Positions 47,642 through 56,431 of a DNA stretch of 64,000 nucleotides are shown here, piece by piece. Position numbers and translations under genes: made by a program. Position 1 is the stretch's first letter. Every line of letters starts with the position of its first letter. The notes under the pieces were generated by a model, which saw only the letters and a list, made by a program, of their open reading frames with translations, had not been told where the DNA came from and made no database searches. Origin of the DNA: Leptospiraceae bacterium (GTDB lineage: Bacteria > Spirochaetota > Leptospiria > Leptospirales > Leptonemataceae). The stretch covers positions 1 to 64,000 of the forward strand of contig JAVJNR010000006.1 of the NCBI GenBank assembly GCA_040217195.1, in the 5' to 3' direction.

Positions 47642-48757
47642 ATGCAAAGAAAGCAAATACTGATATTTCCTATTTCCGTTCTGGCTGTGGTGGCCTTACT
47701 TTTGGCACCTCAGAAATCGGAAGCGCAGGTAACATGTGTGGGCTCAGCCTGCTCTGTGAGCCCTATACCGGCTTCCAGCTTTAATGATACTCTGGCAGCT
47801 TTTAAACTACAGTTTGCGGATCCATTGGCCAAGGACATGGTGGATGCAAGCGTACTGGCAGGTATTGGAAGCGTGCCCATGGGCTCCATAAACATGGATG
47901 GCTGGACTGTAGGTCTGGGAGTTGTGGGAACCAATGAGCCAGAGTCCTTTACCAACGTTGTAGTTCCGGACATTGGCGCTTATTACAATGTCAAGACTGT
48001 GGGTGTAGGGCTCAGTCCGCGAATCTACGGTGGGGTCAACATGGGATTGTTCTTTGAAAAGACCCCCATGTATCGAGTTGCGAATCGTTTTGAGGTATAC
48101 CTCAGTCTGTTCGATGCACGTTACACCTACGGTGGAGAAACCAAACTGGAGACCCTGAGCTCCGGCCTTCGTCCCACGGATCAAACGAAGGTAAGTGCGT
48201 ACTACCGAGGTCTGGATATTCGCTACCAGCTTGTAAAACGAGACAAAAGGGCCAGTCCGCTATTTCGCTGGAACGGCCTAACTCTTGGTCTTGGGTTTCA
48301 TCATACCAGGCAGTCCATTTCTTACTATCAGGTTAACTCCTCCATTCAGATCGCTCAGTTCAGCGGCGGCCAAATCATCTGGAACGGAAATAATCAGGCC
48401 AATATGGATACGAATATAACCTCGGTACCAATTGAATTTATGACCGGGATTCAGCTTCTGTATTTTCTCAACCTTAACATTGGGGGTGGAGTCTCTATCA
48501 ACAAAGGGTCCACAAACTTCACGGTTAACCGGTTCGGACCAATCTTTCTGGCCTCTGAACTGGAAAAGGTTGCTGGTGTGCAAGCTCCCGAGGCCAGCCT
48601 ATTCATGAACGTTCCTGGCGATGGGCCTGTAGATCGATACACTGGATTTGGCCGCCTGGGTCTTACCTTCAACATCTGGGTTGTGAAACTGGATGTTGAA
48701 GCCATGACAGCCGGTAGTACTCAGGGAGTTCAGATAGGGCTTCGCATGGAATTCTAG
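47642..48757 (+). CDS. Lsa36-like Leptospiraceae surface/outer-membrane protein
   Basis: Signal peptide followed by AQVTCVGSACS (recalled as similar to the Leptospira Lsa36 family N-terminus), beta-strand pattern, C-terminal Phe. Confidence 0.65.
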   Translation: MQRKQILIFPISVLAVVALLLAPQKSEAQVTCVGSACSVSPIPASSFNDTLAAFKLQFADPLAKDMVDASVLAGIGSVPMGSINMDGWTVGLGVVGTNEPESFTNVVVPDIGAYYNVKTVGVGLSPRIYGGVNMGLFFEKTPMYRVANRFEVYLSLFDARYTYGGETKLETLSSGLRPTDQTKVSAYYRGLDIRYQLVKRDKRASPLFRWNGLTLGLGFHHTRQSISYYQVNSSIQIAQFSGGQIIWNGNNQANMDTNITSVPIEFMTGIQLLYFLNLNIGGGVSINKGSTNFTVNRFGPIFLASELEKVAGVQAPEASLFMNVPGDGPVDRYTGFGRLGLTFNIWVVKLDVEAMTAGSTQGVQIGLRMEF

Positions 48758-48806
48758 AGTTTGCAGATACTTTCATCTTCCAGAAAGAATAGTTTCCGGG
48801 AGATGA

Positions 48807-48838
48807 TCAAAAGGGCTCCGTTCAGGGAGCCCTTTTGA
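48807..48838. terminator. Intrinsic terminator (perfect 13-bp stem, potentially bidirectional)
   Basis: TCAAAAGGGCTCC-gttcag-GGAGCCCTTTTGA, about 50 nt after the Lsa36-like stop. Confidence 0.8.
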
Positions 48839-48941
48839 ATTTATAGAACAAGCCTCATCATTTTCAGTCATCACAATGCGCCATGGCTTTGTGGCCAAAA
48901 GCGGTTTTACAGCACAGGGCCGACCGGGAAGCTGGCCCGAC

Positions 48942-50171
48942 ATGGCTCTCATCGTACAGAAATTCGGCGGGACTTCCGTGGGGGACACGGACAGGATTCG
49001 CTCCGTAGCAAATAGAATTAAAACTTACTATGAGCATGGCCATCAGCTGGCTGTAGTTGTGTCTGCCATGGGCAAAACCACCGATCGATTGGTGGATATG
49101 GCCCAGGAGTTGAACGATAATCCTCGAGCCAGAGAGCTGGATATGCTTTTGGCTACAGGCGAACAGGTTAGCATTGCATTGCTGGCCATGGCTCTGGACG
49201 GAATGGGAGTGCCCGCCATCAGCTTTACAGGCGGTCAGGTAGGTATTATTACAGATACGAAACACTCATCGGCTCGAATTCAGGAAATTGATACAACCAG
49301 GATTCGTCCCTATCTTGAGCAAAGACAGGTCTGCATTGTAGCCGGATTCCAGGGAGTGGACAAGGAAGCAAACATTACTACCCTGGGACGCGGAGGTTCA
49401 GACCTGACAGCGGTTGCTCTGGCTGCAGCTCTCCAGGCCGATGAATGTGAAATTTTTACAGATGTGGATGGAGTCTACACTACGGACCCGAACAAAGTGC
49501 CCACTGCCCGTAAAATGAAAGCGATCGCATACGAAGAGATGCTGGAACTGGCCCGCCTGGGAGCCGGAGTCCTTCATTCTCGCAGTGTTGAAGTAGCCTC
49601 AAAATATGGAATCGTAATTCATGTTCGGTCCAGTTTTAATAACGCAGAAGGAACCAGAGTGGTGCCAGAGGATCAAGTTATGGAAAAAGTAGTTGTACGC
49701 GGAGTAACTCTTAAGACAGACGAAGCTAGAATTTCGGTGATTGATATTCCCGATCGCCCAGGTCTTGCTGCCAGTCTGTTTAATCGCCTGGCACGGGCCG
49801 ATGTAAACGTTGATATGATTGTCCAGAGCTCGGGGAAGGAAAATCAAAATACCATTTCTTTCACAGTTCCGCGAAACACCTTAAAGGTGACTCGAGAAGT
49901 TGTGGATGGCTTTCTTTCGGAGCAGCAGGCTGGAAGTCTGGAAATAGATGAAAAGATTGCCACGATATCTGCGGTGGGAATAGGTATGAAATCTCATTCT
50001 GGCGTTGCTGCATCCATGTTCGATGCACTGGCTCACAACGAAATTAATATCGAAATGATTTCCACATCTGAAATCAAGATTACAGTGGCTGTAAAGGAAG
50101 AGCAGGGACGTAAAGCTCTTGAAGTAGTGCACAATGCCTTTGGTCTGGATAAAACAGGTGAGGACTCCTGA
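48942..50171 (+). CDS. lysC: Aspartate kinase (monofunctional, two ACT domains)
   Basis: VQKFGGTSVG, VVSAMG, TTLGRGGSD, TDVDGVY, STSEIKI. Confidence 0.95.
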   Translation: MALIVQKFGGTSVGDTDRIRSVANRIKTYYEHGHQLAVVVSAMGKTTDRLVDMAQELNDNPRARELDMLLATGEQVSIALLAMALDGMGVPAISFTGGQVGIITDTKHSSARIQEIDTTRIRPYLEQRQVCIVAGFQGVDKEANITTLGRGGSDLTAVALAAALQADECEIFTDVDGVYTTDPNKVPTARKMKAIAYEEMLELARLGAGVLHSRSVEVASKYGIVIHVRSSFNNAEGTRVVPEDQVMEKVVVRGVTLKTDEARISVIDIPDRPGLAASLFNRLARADVNVDMIVQSSGKENQNTISFTVPRNTLKVTREVVDGFLSEQQAGSLEIDEKIATISAVGIGMKSHSGVAASMFDALAHNEINIEMISTSEIKITVAVKEEQGRKALEVVHNAFGLDKTGEDS

Positions 50172-50211
50172 GGTTTTTCGATTTGCATCGGCGGACGGCA
50201 GATTAGATTAT

Positions 50212-50296
50212 TGAATCCATTCGCGGGATTCACATTCAATGAGTAAACTGAATCCATCGGGCGGGATTCGCATCCAATGAGTAAACTGAATCCATC
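50212..50296 (+). repeat. Tandem 37/38-bp direct repeat (about 2.3 copies) spanning the murI start; each full unit contains GAATCC..GGATTC
   Basis: TGAATCCATTCGCGGGATTCACATTCAATGAGTAAAC | TGAATCCATCGGGCGGGATTCGCATCCAATGAGTAAAC | TGAATCCATC. Confidence 0.85.
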
Positions 50297-51194
50297 ATCT
50301 CCGATAGGGGTCTTCGATTCTGGCATGGGCGGACTAACCGTGCTTTCTGAGCTGGTATCGGCCCTGCCGCAAGAGGATTTTATTTACCTGGGGGATACGG
50401 CTCGAGTTCCGTATGGCTCCAGGTCACCGGGAACCATTCTTAGATACAGCCGCGAAGTTAGCCAGTACCTGATGCAATTCGATATCAAGATGCTGGTCAT
50501 AGCCTGCAATACAGTTAGTGCGCACGCTGAATCAATTATACGGAAAGAACTTCCCTGTCCTGTAATAGGAGTGATTCATCCCGGAGCTCGTGCAGTGGTT
50601 TCCCAGTCCCGGTCCGGGCGTGTAGGTGTTATAGGCACTCGATCCACGATAAAGTCCGGTGCCTATGAGCGCGAGATTCGTTCTTTGAATCCTGAATTGA
50701 GTGTTTTTTCCAGAGCCTGTCCTCTTCTGGTCCCTGTTGTAGAGGAAGGCTGGATGGATAAGAAGCTCACTCATCAGATTATTCAGGAGTATCTGAGCGA
50801 AATGGTGCGTGAAGAAGTGGACTCTCTGGTTCTGGGTTGTACGCACTATCCACTTCTAAAAAAAGCGATTAAGGATCAGTATCCGGATCTTAACCTCATC
50901 GATTCCTCTGTGGAAACGGCCCTGGCCGTAAAACAGCAGCTGGTGGAAGCTTCCCTTTTAAACTCCAGAACCTTGCCGGAAGATCCGGCCAGAAAAACCC
51001 AGACCCCGGCAGACCCCGGCAGAGAAAATCCGACAGCCTCTGATTCTGGCTCCACAGAAAATACAAAAACCGGCTCTGGATCAGTTCGAATTTTACTTAC
51101 CGACGTTACCGATCATATAGAGAGTCTGGAACGTTTGTTTTTCAGACATCCATTTCAGTCCCTGGAAGAAGTGCAAATCGATGATCTGTCCTGA
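50277..51194 (+). CDS. murI: Glutamate racemase
   Basis: FDSGMGGLTV, DTARVPYG, IACNT, LGCTHYP (both catalytic Cys present). Confidence 0.95.
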   Translation: MSKLNPSSPIGVFDSGMGGLTVLSELVSALPQEDFIYLGDTARVPYGSRSPGTILRYSREVSQYLMQFDIKMLVIACNTVSAHAESIIRKELPCPVIGVIHPGARAVVSQSRSGRVGVIGTRSTIKSGAYEREIRSLNPELSVFSRACPLLVPVVEEGWMDKKLTHQIIQEYLSEMVREEVDSLVLGCTHYPLLKKAIKDQYPDLNLIDSSVETALAVKQQLVEASLLNSRTLPEDPARKTQTPADPGRENPTASDSGSTENTKTGSGSVRILLTDVTDHIESLERLFFRHPFQSLEEVQIDDLS

Positions 51195-51422
51195 AATCCG
51201 GGCGCAGACCAGATCTATTTCATCGTCTGCCTAAAACCTACACGCCGAACGTAAAAGCTACCTGGCTCAATGAAGGTCCAAATTGATTCGCCGCATCCAG
51301 AGGACGTTGGTTTCGAAGGGATCTGGAGTAAACCGGAAGTGAGAAATCTAAATCAGCAATCGGAAAATTGAATCTCTATTAGTATTGCTTGCGCTGGATT
51401 TGAGGGCTGATAGCAAGAGCGT

Positions 51423-52511
51423 ATGGCCCGCACATTCATCGTTGCTCCAATCATTTTTTTTTGTATAAGCTGCATTTCCCCCATGAGCAGAGAATCGGCA
51501 GCCGCAGAGCAATTCATGGATCAGATAACGTCAGCCATTGATCAAACCTGCAGAACCGCTCAACCAGTCTCATTCCGGATAAATGATATTGACTCCTTTT
51601 ATATGATTCAAGGGGCCCCGGTGAATCGATCGGGAGATCAGGAGATTCATACGCTGTCCGGTGATAAGCTGGAAGACCTGGGAAAGAATCGTATGAAGCT
51701 TGTTCCAGGCAAAGCTGTGATGATTTCTCTGATAGTCAATGGACAGCAGATCGATGGGACCATGCAGGGGCCTCCCTGTGAGATATCTGTACCGGCCATT
51801 TCCTACAGAGGATCTGATCTGCGGATCGAGCCGCTGGCAGGTGTGTCCGTTCTAGTCATGGCTTCCTATAGAGGTGATCTTGAATCGGTGAGGCGATATC
51901 TGGATGAGAAGGTAGATATCAATGGTCAGAATCAGGTCAGTGCTTTAATTGCTGCAGTCGATGGAAATCGAACCTCTGTGGTGGCCCTTCTATTGCAGAG
52001 AGGAGCGGATCCAAACCTGAAGGCCGATTTTAACGGACAAACGGCGCTTCATTTTGCGGCCAAGAGGGGCAATCTGGGGGTTGTCATTCTATTGCTGGAA
52101 AGCGGGGCCAAACCGGATGCGGTGGACCCTTCTGGTCATACGCCTCTCTGGGGTGCCTCTTTTCAAAATCATCCGCAGGTCATCAGGGCCCTGGTGAACC
52201 ACGGAGCGAATCTACAGCACAAGGATGGAAACGGCAATACCGCCATGTCCATTGCGGCTGCCGGAGGAGGGCGGGAGGCCATCGAAGAACTGTCCGCTCT
52301 GGGCCTGGAGCCAGATCAGCCCAATCGATTTGGTCGCACTCCACTGTTTGACGCTGTGGACCATGGAAAGATCGATGCACTGAAGGCACTTCTGAATCTG
52401 GGGGCGAATCCCAATCAAAGGACAATCAGTGGCAATACACCGCTGCAGGCGGCCCAGAACAATGGACAGACAGTGATCATTCAAATTCTAAGGGATGCGG
52501 GTGCTCGGTAG
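51423..52511 (+). CDS. Ankyrin-repeat protein, probable lipoprotein
   Basis: Signal peptide ending FFCISC; repeated GxT(A/P)LH-type ankyrin units (GQTALHFAA, GHTPLW, GNTAM, GRTPLF, GNTPL). Confidence 0.85.
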   Translation: MARTFIVAPIIFFCISCISPMSRESAAAEQFMDQITSAIDQTCRTAQPVSFRINDIDSFYMIQGAPVNRSGDQEIHTLSGDKLEDLGKNRMKLVPGKAVMISLIVNGQQIDGTMQGPPCEISVPAISYRGSDLRIEPLAGVSVLVMASYRGDLESVRRYLDEKVDINGQNQVSALIAAVDGNRTSVVALLLQRGADPNLKADFNGQTALHFAAKRGNLGVVILLLESGAKPDAVDPSGHTPLWGASFQNHPQVIRALVNHGANLQHKDGNGNTAMSIAAAGGGREAIEELSALGLEPDQPNRFGRTPLFDAVDHGKIDALKALLNLGANPNQRTISGNTPLQAAQNNGQTVIIQILRDAGAR

Positions 52512-52693
52512 ATTCGAATTCGGGCCCAATCCATGGCCGGAAATCTGGAAATCTCTTGCCCTCCTGAAAGCCTGGGATTATGTCTCATTAGGCTGCCCCG
52601 GGTGCTCCGGAGCCATGCTGCCTGAATCAGGTCGCCTCCTGAATCAGTCTGAACACCGCCCCATTGTACCATCGTAAATTAAGTAAAAAAGTA

Positions 52694-52720
52694 TTGACGT
52701 AACTTTTGTTACCCTATCTT
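52694..52720 (+). promoter_or_regulatory. Putative lexA promoter with palindromic operator GTAAC-N4-GTTAC
   Basis: TTGACG 52694-52699, palindrome GTAACTTTTGTTAC 52699-52712, TATCTT 52715-52720 (15-nt spacer, suboptimal); ATG at 52731. Confidence 0.5.
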
Positions 52721-52730
52721 TTGTGTGGTT

Positions 52731-53345
52731 ATGAAGGATCTCACCGAAAAGCAACAGGCCATACTTAATTTTATTGAAGAATCGATCAGATCCCAGGGAT
52801 ACCCGCCAACCATCCGAGAAATTGGAGATACCTTTAGCATCACAGCTAAAGGAGCCTATGACCATTTAAAGGCCATTGAAAAGAAGGGCTACATTAAGTG
52901 TGTCAAGAATCGAAGTCGGGCTATCGAGCTTTTGAGAACGTCTGCCGGTGGAGAGCCCATGACTCTGGAGCAGACGGTCAGTGTACCGCTGGTAGGTCGC
53001 GTGGCTGCCGGGTTGCCCATTCTGGCTCAGGAAAACATTGAAGAATATCTGGCATTTCCCAAGAATCTGGTACCGGACGGAGGAGTGTTTGCACTTCGAG
53101 TGACCGGCGACTCCATGATCGAAGCAGGCATTCACAATGGCGATATTGCAGTGATCCAGAAGGCTGACACTGCAGAAAATGGAGAGATTGTAGTGGCCCT
53201 GATCGAAGATGAGGCGACTTTGAAATACTTCTATAAAGAAAAGAAGAGAGTCCGCCTTGAGCCTGCCAATCAGGCGTATAAACCGATCTTTGCCACCGAA
53301 GTAATGATCATCGGTAAGTTGGTTGGACTTTACAGACAGTTTTAG
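52731..53345 (+). CDS. lexA: SOS repressor LexA
   Basis: wHTH (YPPTIREIG, HLKAIEKKGYI), Ala-Gly cleavage site VAAG, catalytic Ser (GDSM) and Lys (ATLK); Leptospira-like N-terminus MKDLTEKQ. Confidence 0.96.
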   Translation: MKDLTEKQQAILNFIEESIRSQGYPPTIREIGDTFSITAKGAYDHLKAIEKKGYIKCVKNRSRAIELLRTSAGGEPMTLEQTVSVPLVGRVAAGLPILAQENIEEYLAFPKNLVPDGGVFALRVTGDSMIEAGIHNGDIAVIQKADTAENGEIVVALIEDEATLKYFYKEKKRVRLEPANQAYKPIFATEVMIIGKLVGLYRQF

Positions 53346-53357
53346 AATCCTGGGGAC

Positions 53358-54500
53358 ATGCATCCCGCATTTTTCTATGGGCTTCTAAAGCCTGTATTAT
53401 TCTCTCTGGATCCAGAAAAAGCTCATGAGCTGGTTACCGGTCCTGCCAGAACCCTTATGGGGCTACCGGGTGGGGCAGCCTATCTAAAGGCTACCCTCGG
53501 CTATGAGAGTGATGCCCTGGGTGTACAATGCGCTGGCATCCACTTTCCCGGACCAGTGGGGATGGCTGCCGGATTCGATAAGACCGGGCAACTCTATCCA
53601 TTTCTGGCATCCGCTGGTTTCCATTTCGTTGAATCTGGAACTTTTACTCCCAGACCCCAGGAGGGAAATCCACGGCCCAGGCTTTTTCGCTTTCCGGAAC
53701 AGGGAGTACTCATAAATCGCATGGGCTTTAACAATCCCGGTATGGACCAGGCAAGCAGTGCTTTCGCCGATCAGGATGCAAAGCGAAAGAAATCGGGAAA
53801 GAACAGATCCTGTCCACGAGGAGTGAACATTGGAAAAAATAAAGTTACTCCAAACGATGAGGCCATCCAGGATTATATCAAGGCTTTTCGCTCATTGGAG
53901 CCGTACGCGGATTATATCACAATCAATATAAGCTCTCCGAATACTCCCGGGCTGCGAGACCTTCAGTCTGCAGCATTTCTTGGAGAGTTACTATCAGAGC
54001 TTTCTGGAATCGCAAAGGAAATAGACAGCACAACTCCTATCTTTGTGAAGCTGGCACCGGACATAGATGACAGAGATTTACCGGCATTGATCGAGACTTC
54101 CCTGAATGGATCTGCGGCGGGGTTGATTCTAAGTAATACAACGATTACTCGAGATTTTGTAGGAGCTTCTGAGAAAATGAAATCCACGGAGGGTGGTCTG
54201 TCCGGTTGCCCATTGTTTGCCAGAAGTACCGATCTTCTTCGCAGGACCAGAGAGATTATCGGCTCCTCCGCTTCATTGATAGGCGTTGGAGGTATTGATT
54301 CGCCCAAAACAGCCCTGGCAAAGATACTGGCCGGAGCAGATTTAATTCAAATCTACACTGGCTATATTTTTCAGGGGCCAGTGCTGCCAGCCAGGATCAG
54401 TCGGTTTCTGGACCGGGTCTGCAGGACAGAGGGTTGCACGGTTCCGGACCTAACGGGCAAGGAAAAGGAATTCTCTCACTGGCTCAAGGAAGCCTCCTGA
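53358..54500 (+). CDS. pyrD: Quinone-dependent dihydroorotate dehydrogenase (class 2)
   Basis: AAGFDK, GNPRPRLFR, INRMGFNN, NISSPNTPGLR, KLAPD, SNTT, GGLSG. Confidence 0.95.
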   Translation: MHPAFFYGLLKPVLFSLDPEKAHELVTGPARTLMGLPGGAAYLKATLGYESDALGVQCAGIHFPGPVGMAAGFDKTGQLYPFLASAGFHFVESGTFTPRPQEGNPRPRLFRFPEQGVLINRMGFNNPGMDQASSAFADQDAKRKKSGKNRSCPRGVNIGKNKVTPNDEAIQDYIKAFRSLEPYADYITINISSPNTPGLRDLQSAAFLGELLSELSGIAKEIDSTTPIFVKLAPDIDDRDLPALIETSLNGSAAGLILSNTTITRDFVGASEKMKSTEGGLSGCPLFARSTDLLRRTREIIGSSASLIGVGGIDSPKTALAKILAGADLIQIYTGYIFQGPVLPARISRFLDRVCRTEGCTVPDLTGKEKEFSHWLKEAS

Positions 54501-54544
54501 TGGGAACAGCCTTGACACTGATGTGGCTGAGCCCATAGAAAGAT

Positions 54545-54886
54545 ATGGCCACCGAAGAAAAATCAGGAACCGAACGATCGGTACGGGTCTGGCAAGAACT
54601 GGATCTGGATACAGTTAAGAAGCATTTGCTTCTCATCGATGACCTGTATGGGACCTGCGCAGCCTGTAAGCAAATCGGACTTAACTATCTCAAAGATCCC
54701 AGCTGCAGCGGTTGCGGTACTGAATTCAAATATCTGGCCACAAGATTAAAAGATCCGGCTGAGACCGGAAAAATCCTGAGACGAATCATCAAAGAAAAAT
54801 TACCTCTTACTTTGATAGATAGAGAAGATTACGAAAAGGCTGTAGCAGAAAAGAACCTGGGCGGTCTATTTAAGGAACCGGAATAG
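54545..54886 (+). CDS. Hypothetical protein with Zn-ribbon (CxxC...CxxC)
   Basis: CAAC and CSGC pairs; TTGACA at 54512-54517 upstream. Confidence 0.7.
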   Translation: MATEEKSGTERSVRVWQELDLDTVKKHLLLIDDLYGTCAACKQIGLNYLKDPSCSGCGTEFKYLATRLKDPAETGKILRRIIKEKLPLTLIDREDYEKAVAEKNLGGLFKEPE

Positions 54887-54943
54887 CCATTACGCCATTT
54901 TGGACGATTGGCTGACCCACCAAGATTAACAATAGATAGTCGT

Positions 54944-56431
54944 CTAACCGGTTCCGCTACCAGCTACCTGGACCTTCTTACTGGAGGGCTCGGAAATATG
55001 TTTTACCGAATCCTTCAAAGGCATTAGATCATAGAAGAAAATAGGGTAGCTTCGGTCTCCATAGATCCTTCGAGCTCGCTCCACATACAGGGCACGGTGT
55101 AGCTCTTTTTCCAGGCTTTTCCTTTTATCCTTTAGATACAGTCCGGCCTTTCTTCGAAGCTTGATGAAATCCTGGTTCAAGTCCGATCGTTGCCAACCTC
55201 GACTCCTGGCTTCATGCCACTGCTGGATGATTTCATCTCTCTGCTGGCTTAGCTTACAGTCCCTGGAAAGAAACCGGGCCGGATCAAAGCGAAGCTCCCT
55301 GAGCTCCAGTTCAACTTCTGATACACTTCGGGAGGCCACAGGCAAATCCGCTCTGGGCTCCATACTGAGACTTGCTGTAGTTACCAGAAACGGGGCTGCA
55401 TCGCATTGAAAGAAATCTGAGATAAGATTTTCGGTGATTCGATCGTATCGGCCACCGCCCGTTCCATGTATGAATAGATCACAGAAGAACAGTCTAAAGA
55501 ATAGACTCGTGGTAACGGCCCTGGGGTAGATGCTTCCCCTTCCGGCCCTTACAGACTGGATGGCTTTCTTAAATCCCTCATCCTGTAGAGGTTCACGGAT
55601 TCCATCTTCAATATACCAGAATGGCAATTCTCCGCTGGCTTCATCCAGATCGGGCAGAGGTTGTGCCTGATTCTTGATCTTTCTTTCCAGTCGGTATCGC
55701 ATGAGTTCCGCATTATATCGATTCCTGAATTCATCGCAGCGTTCAGCTATGAAGGAAGCAAAATAAAGAAAGGCCTCTGAATCAAAAAGAGTTGATGCTC
55801 TTACATCTCTGATCTGCAGGCCCAGTCTTTCATGGGCCAGGCGTCGCAATTCTGTGGACGGATCAAGAATAGAATTCGATTTCATTAATGCATTGCGGTA
55901 TTCCTGAATCATCTTCCTGGTTGCTGCACGAGTGCCTGGTTCCAGAACCAGATGCAGTCCCCTACATGCCTCATCGCAGGCCTTCAGCAAGGCCTGGCGA
56001 TCTCTTTCGGTAAGTTCAAGAGAACCGACAATTCTACTGGAATTACCGTAGCGGACAGTTCGCTTCTGCACCGGCCAACGGGATGTGCCGGCAATGGTAC
56101 TGGAATAATCCAGGTCCATCAAGGATGGATAAGTGAATTCAAGATCCACTTCGTCGGTATCCAGAACTATGTTGTAGGCAACCCCATTGTAGCGGCGGGC
56201 CAGAGCATCAGCCAGAACATCCTTAATCATCAATCCAGGATGATAGAGTACCGGTTGATGACCGGCAGATATTAACAAGCCACAATCTCTGGACCAGCCC
56301 ACACTCTTTCGCAGGGCAATGGCCTGCTCCTTAAGAGTGTCCGGGCAGAGAATTCCGGCCTTGCATTTTTCCAGTCGATTCTGAATCTTCTGGTCCAGAG
56401 AATCGATGTTTTCGGGAAGTGTAATGCTCAA
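54944..56431 (-). CDS. Divergent BshC-like protein (HUP/nucleotidyltransferase-fold, putative amino-acid ligase)
   Basis: ISAGHQP..K..NIVLDTD and FIHGTGGGRY match, by eye, the BshC GQQ..K..EDHD and GPGE..Y segments; C-terminal coiled coil; TTG start overlaps the bshB1 stop. Confidence 0.6.
   Translation of the reverse strand: MSITLPENIDSLDQKIQNRLEKCKAGILCPDTLKEQAIALRKSVGWSRDCGLLISAGHQPVLYHPGLMIKDVLADALARRYNGVAYNIVLDTDEVDLEFTYPSLMDLDYSSTIAGTSRWPVQKRTVRYGNSSRIVGSLELTERDRQALLKACDEACRGLHLVLEPGTRAATRKMIQEYRNALMKSNSILDPSTELRRLAHERLGLQIRDVRASTLFDSEAFLYFASFIAERCDEFRNRYNAELMRYRLERKIKNQAQPLPDLDEASGELPFWYIEDGIREPLQDEGFKKAIQSVRAGRGSIYPRAVTTSLFFRLFFCDLFIHGTGGGRYDRITENLISDFFQCDAAPFLVTTASLSMEPRADLPVASRSVSEVELELRELRFDPARFLSRDCKLSQQRDEIIQQWHEARSRGWQRSDLNQDFIKLRRKAGLYLKDKRKSLEKELHRALYVERARRIYGDRSYPIFFYDLMPLKDSVKHISEPSSKKVQVAGSGTG

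Noticed and set aside
50212..50296. 37-bp palindromic repeat as a mini CRISPR array
   Set aside because: The units are directly adjacent with no spacers, there are no cas genes, and the repeat includes the murI start codon.
51423..53345. Ankyrin gene plus LexA-like repressor as a prophage or defence module
   Set aside because: LexA is the canonical chromosomal type followed by pyrD; no integrase, phage, transposase or nuclease genes were seen.
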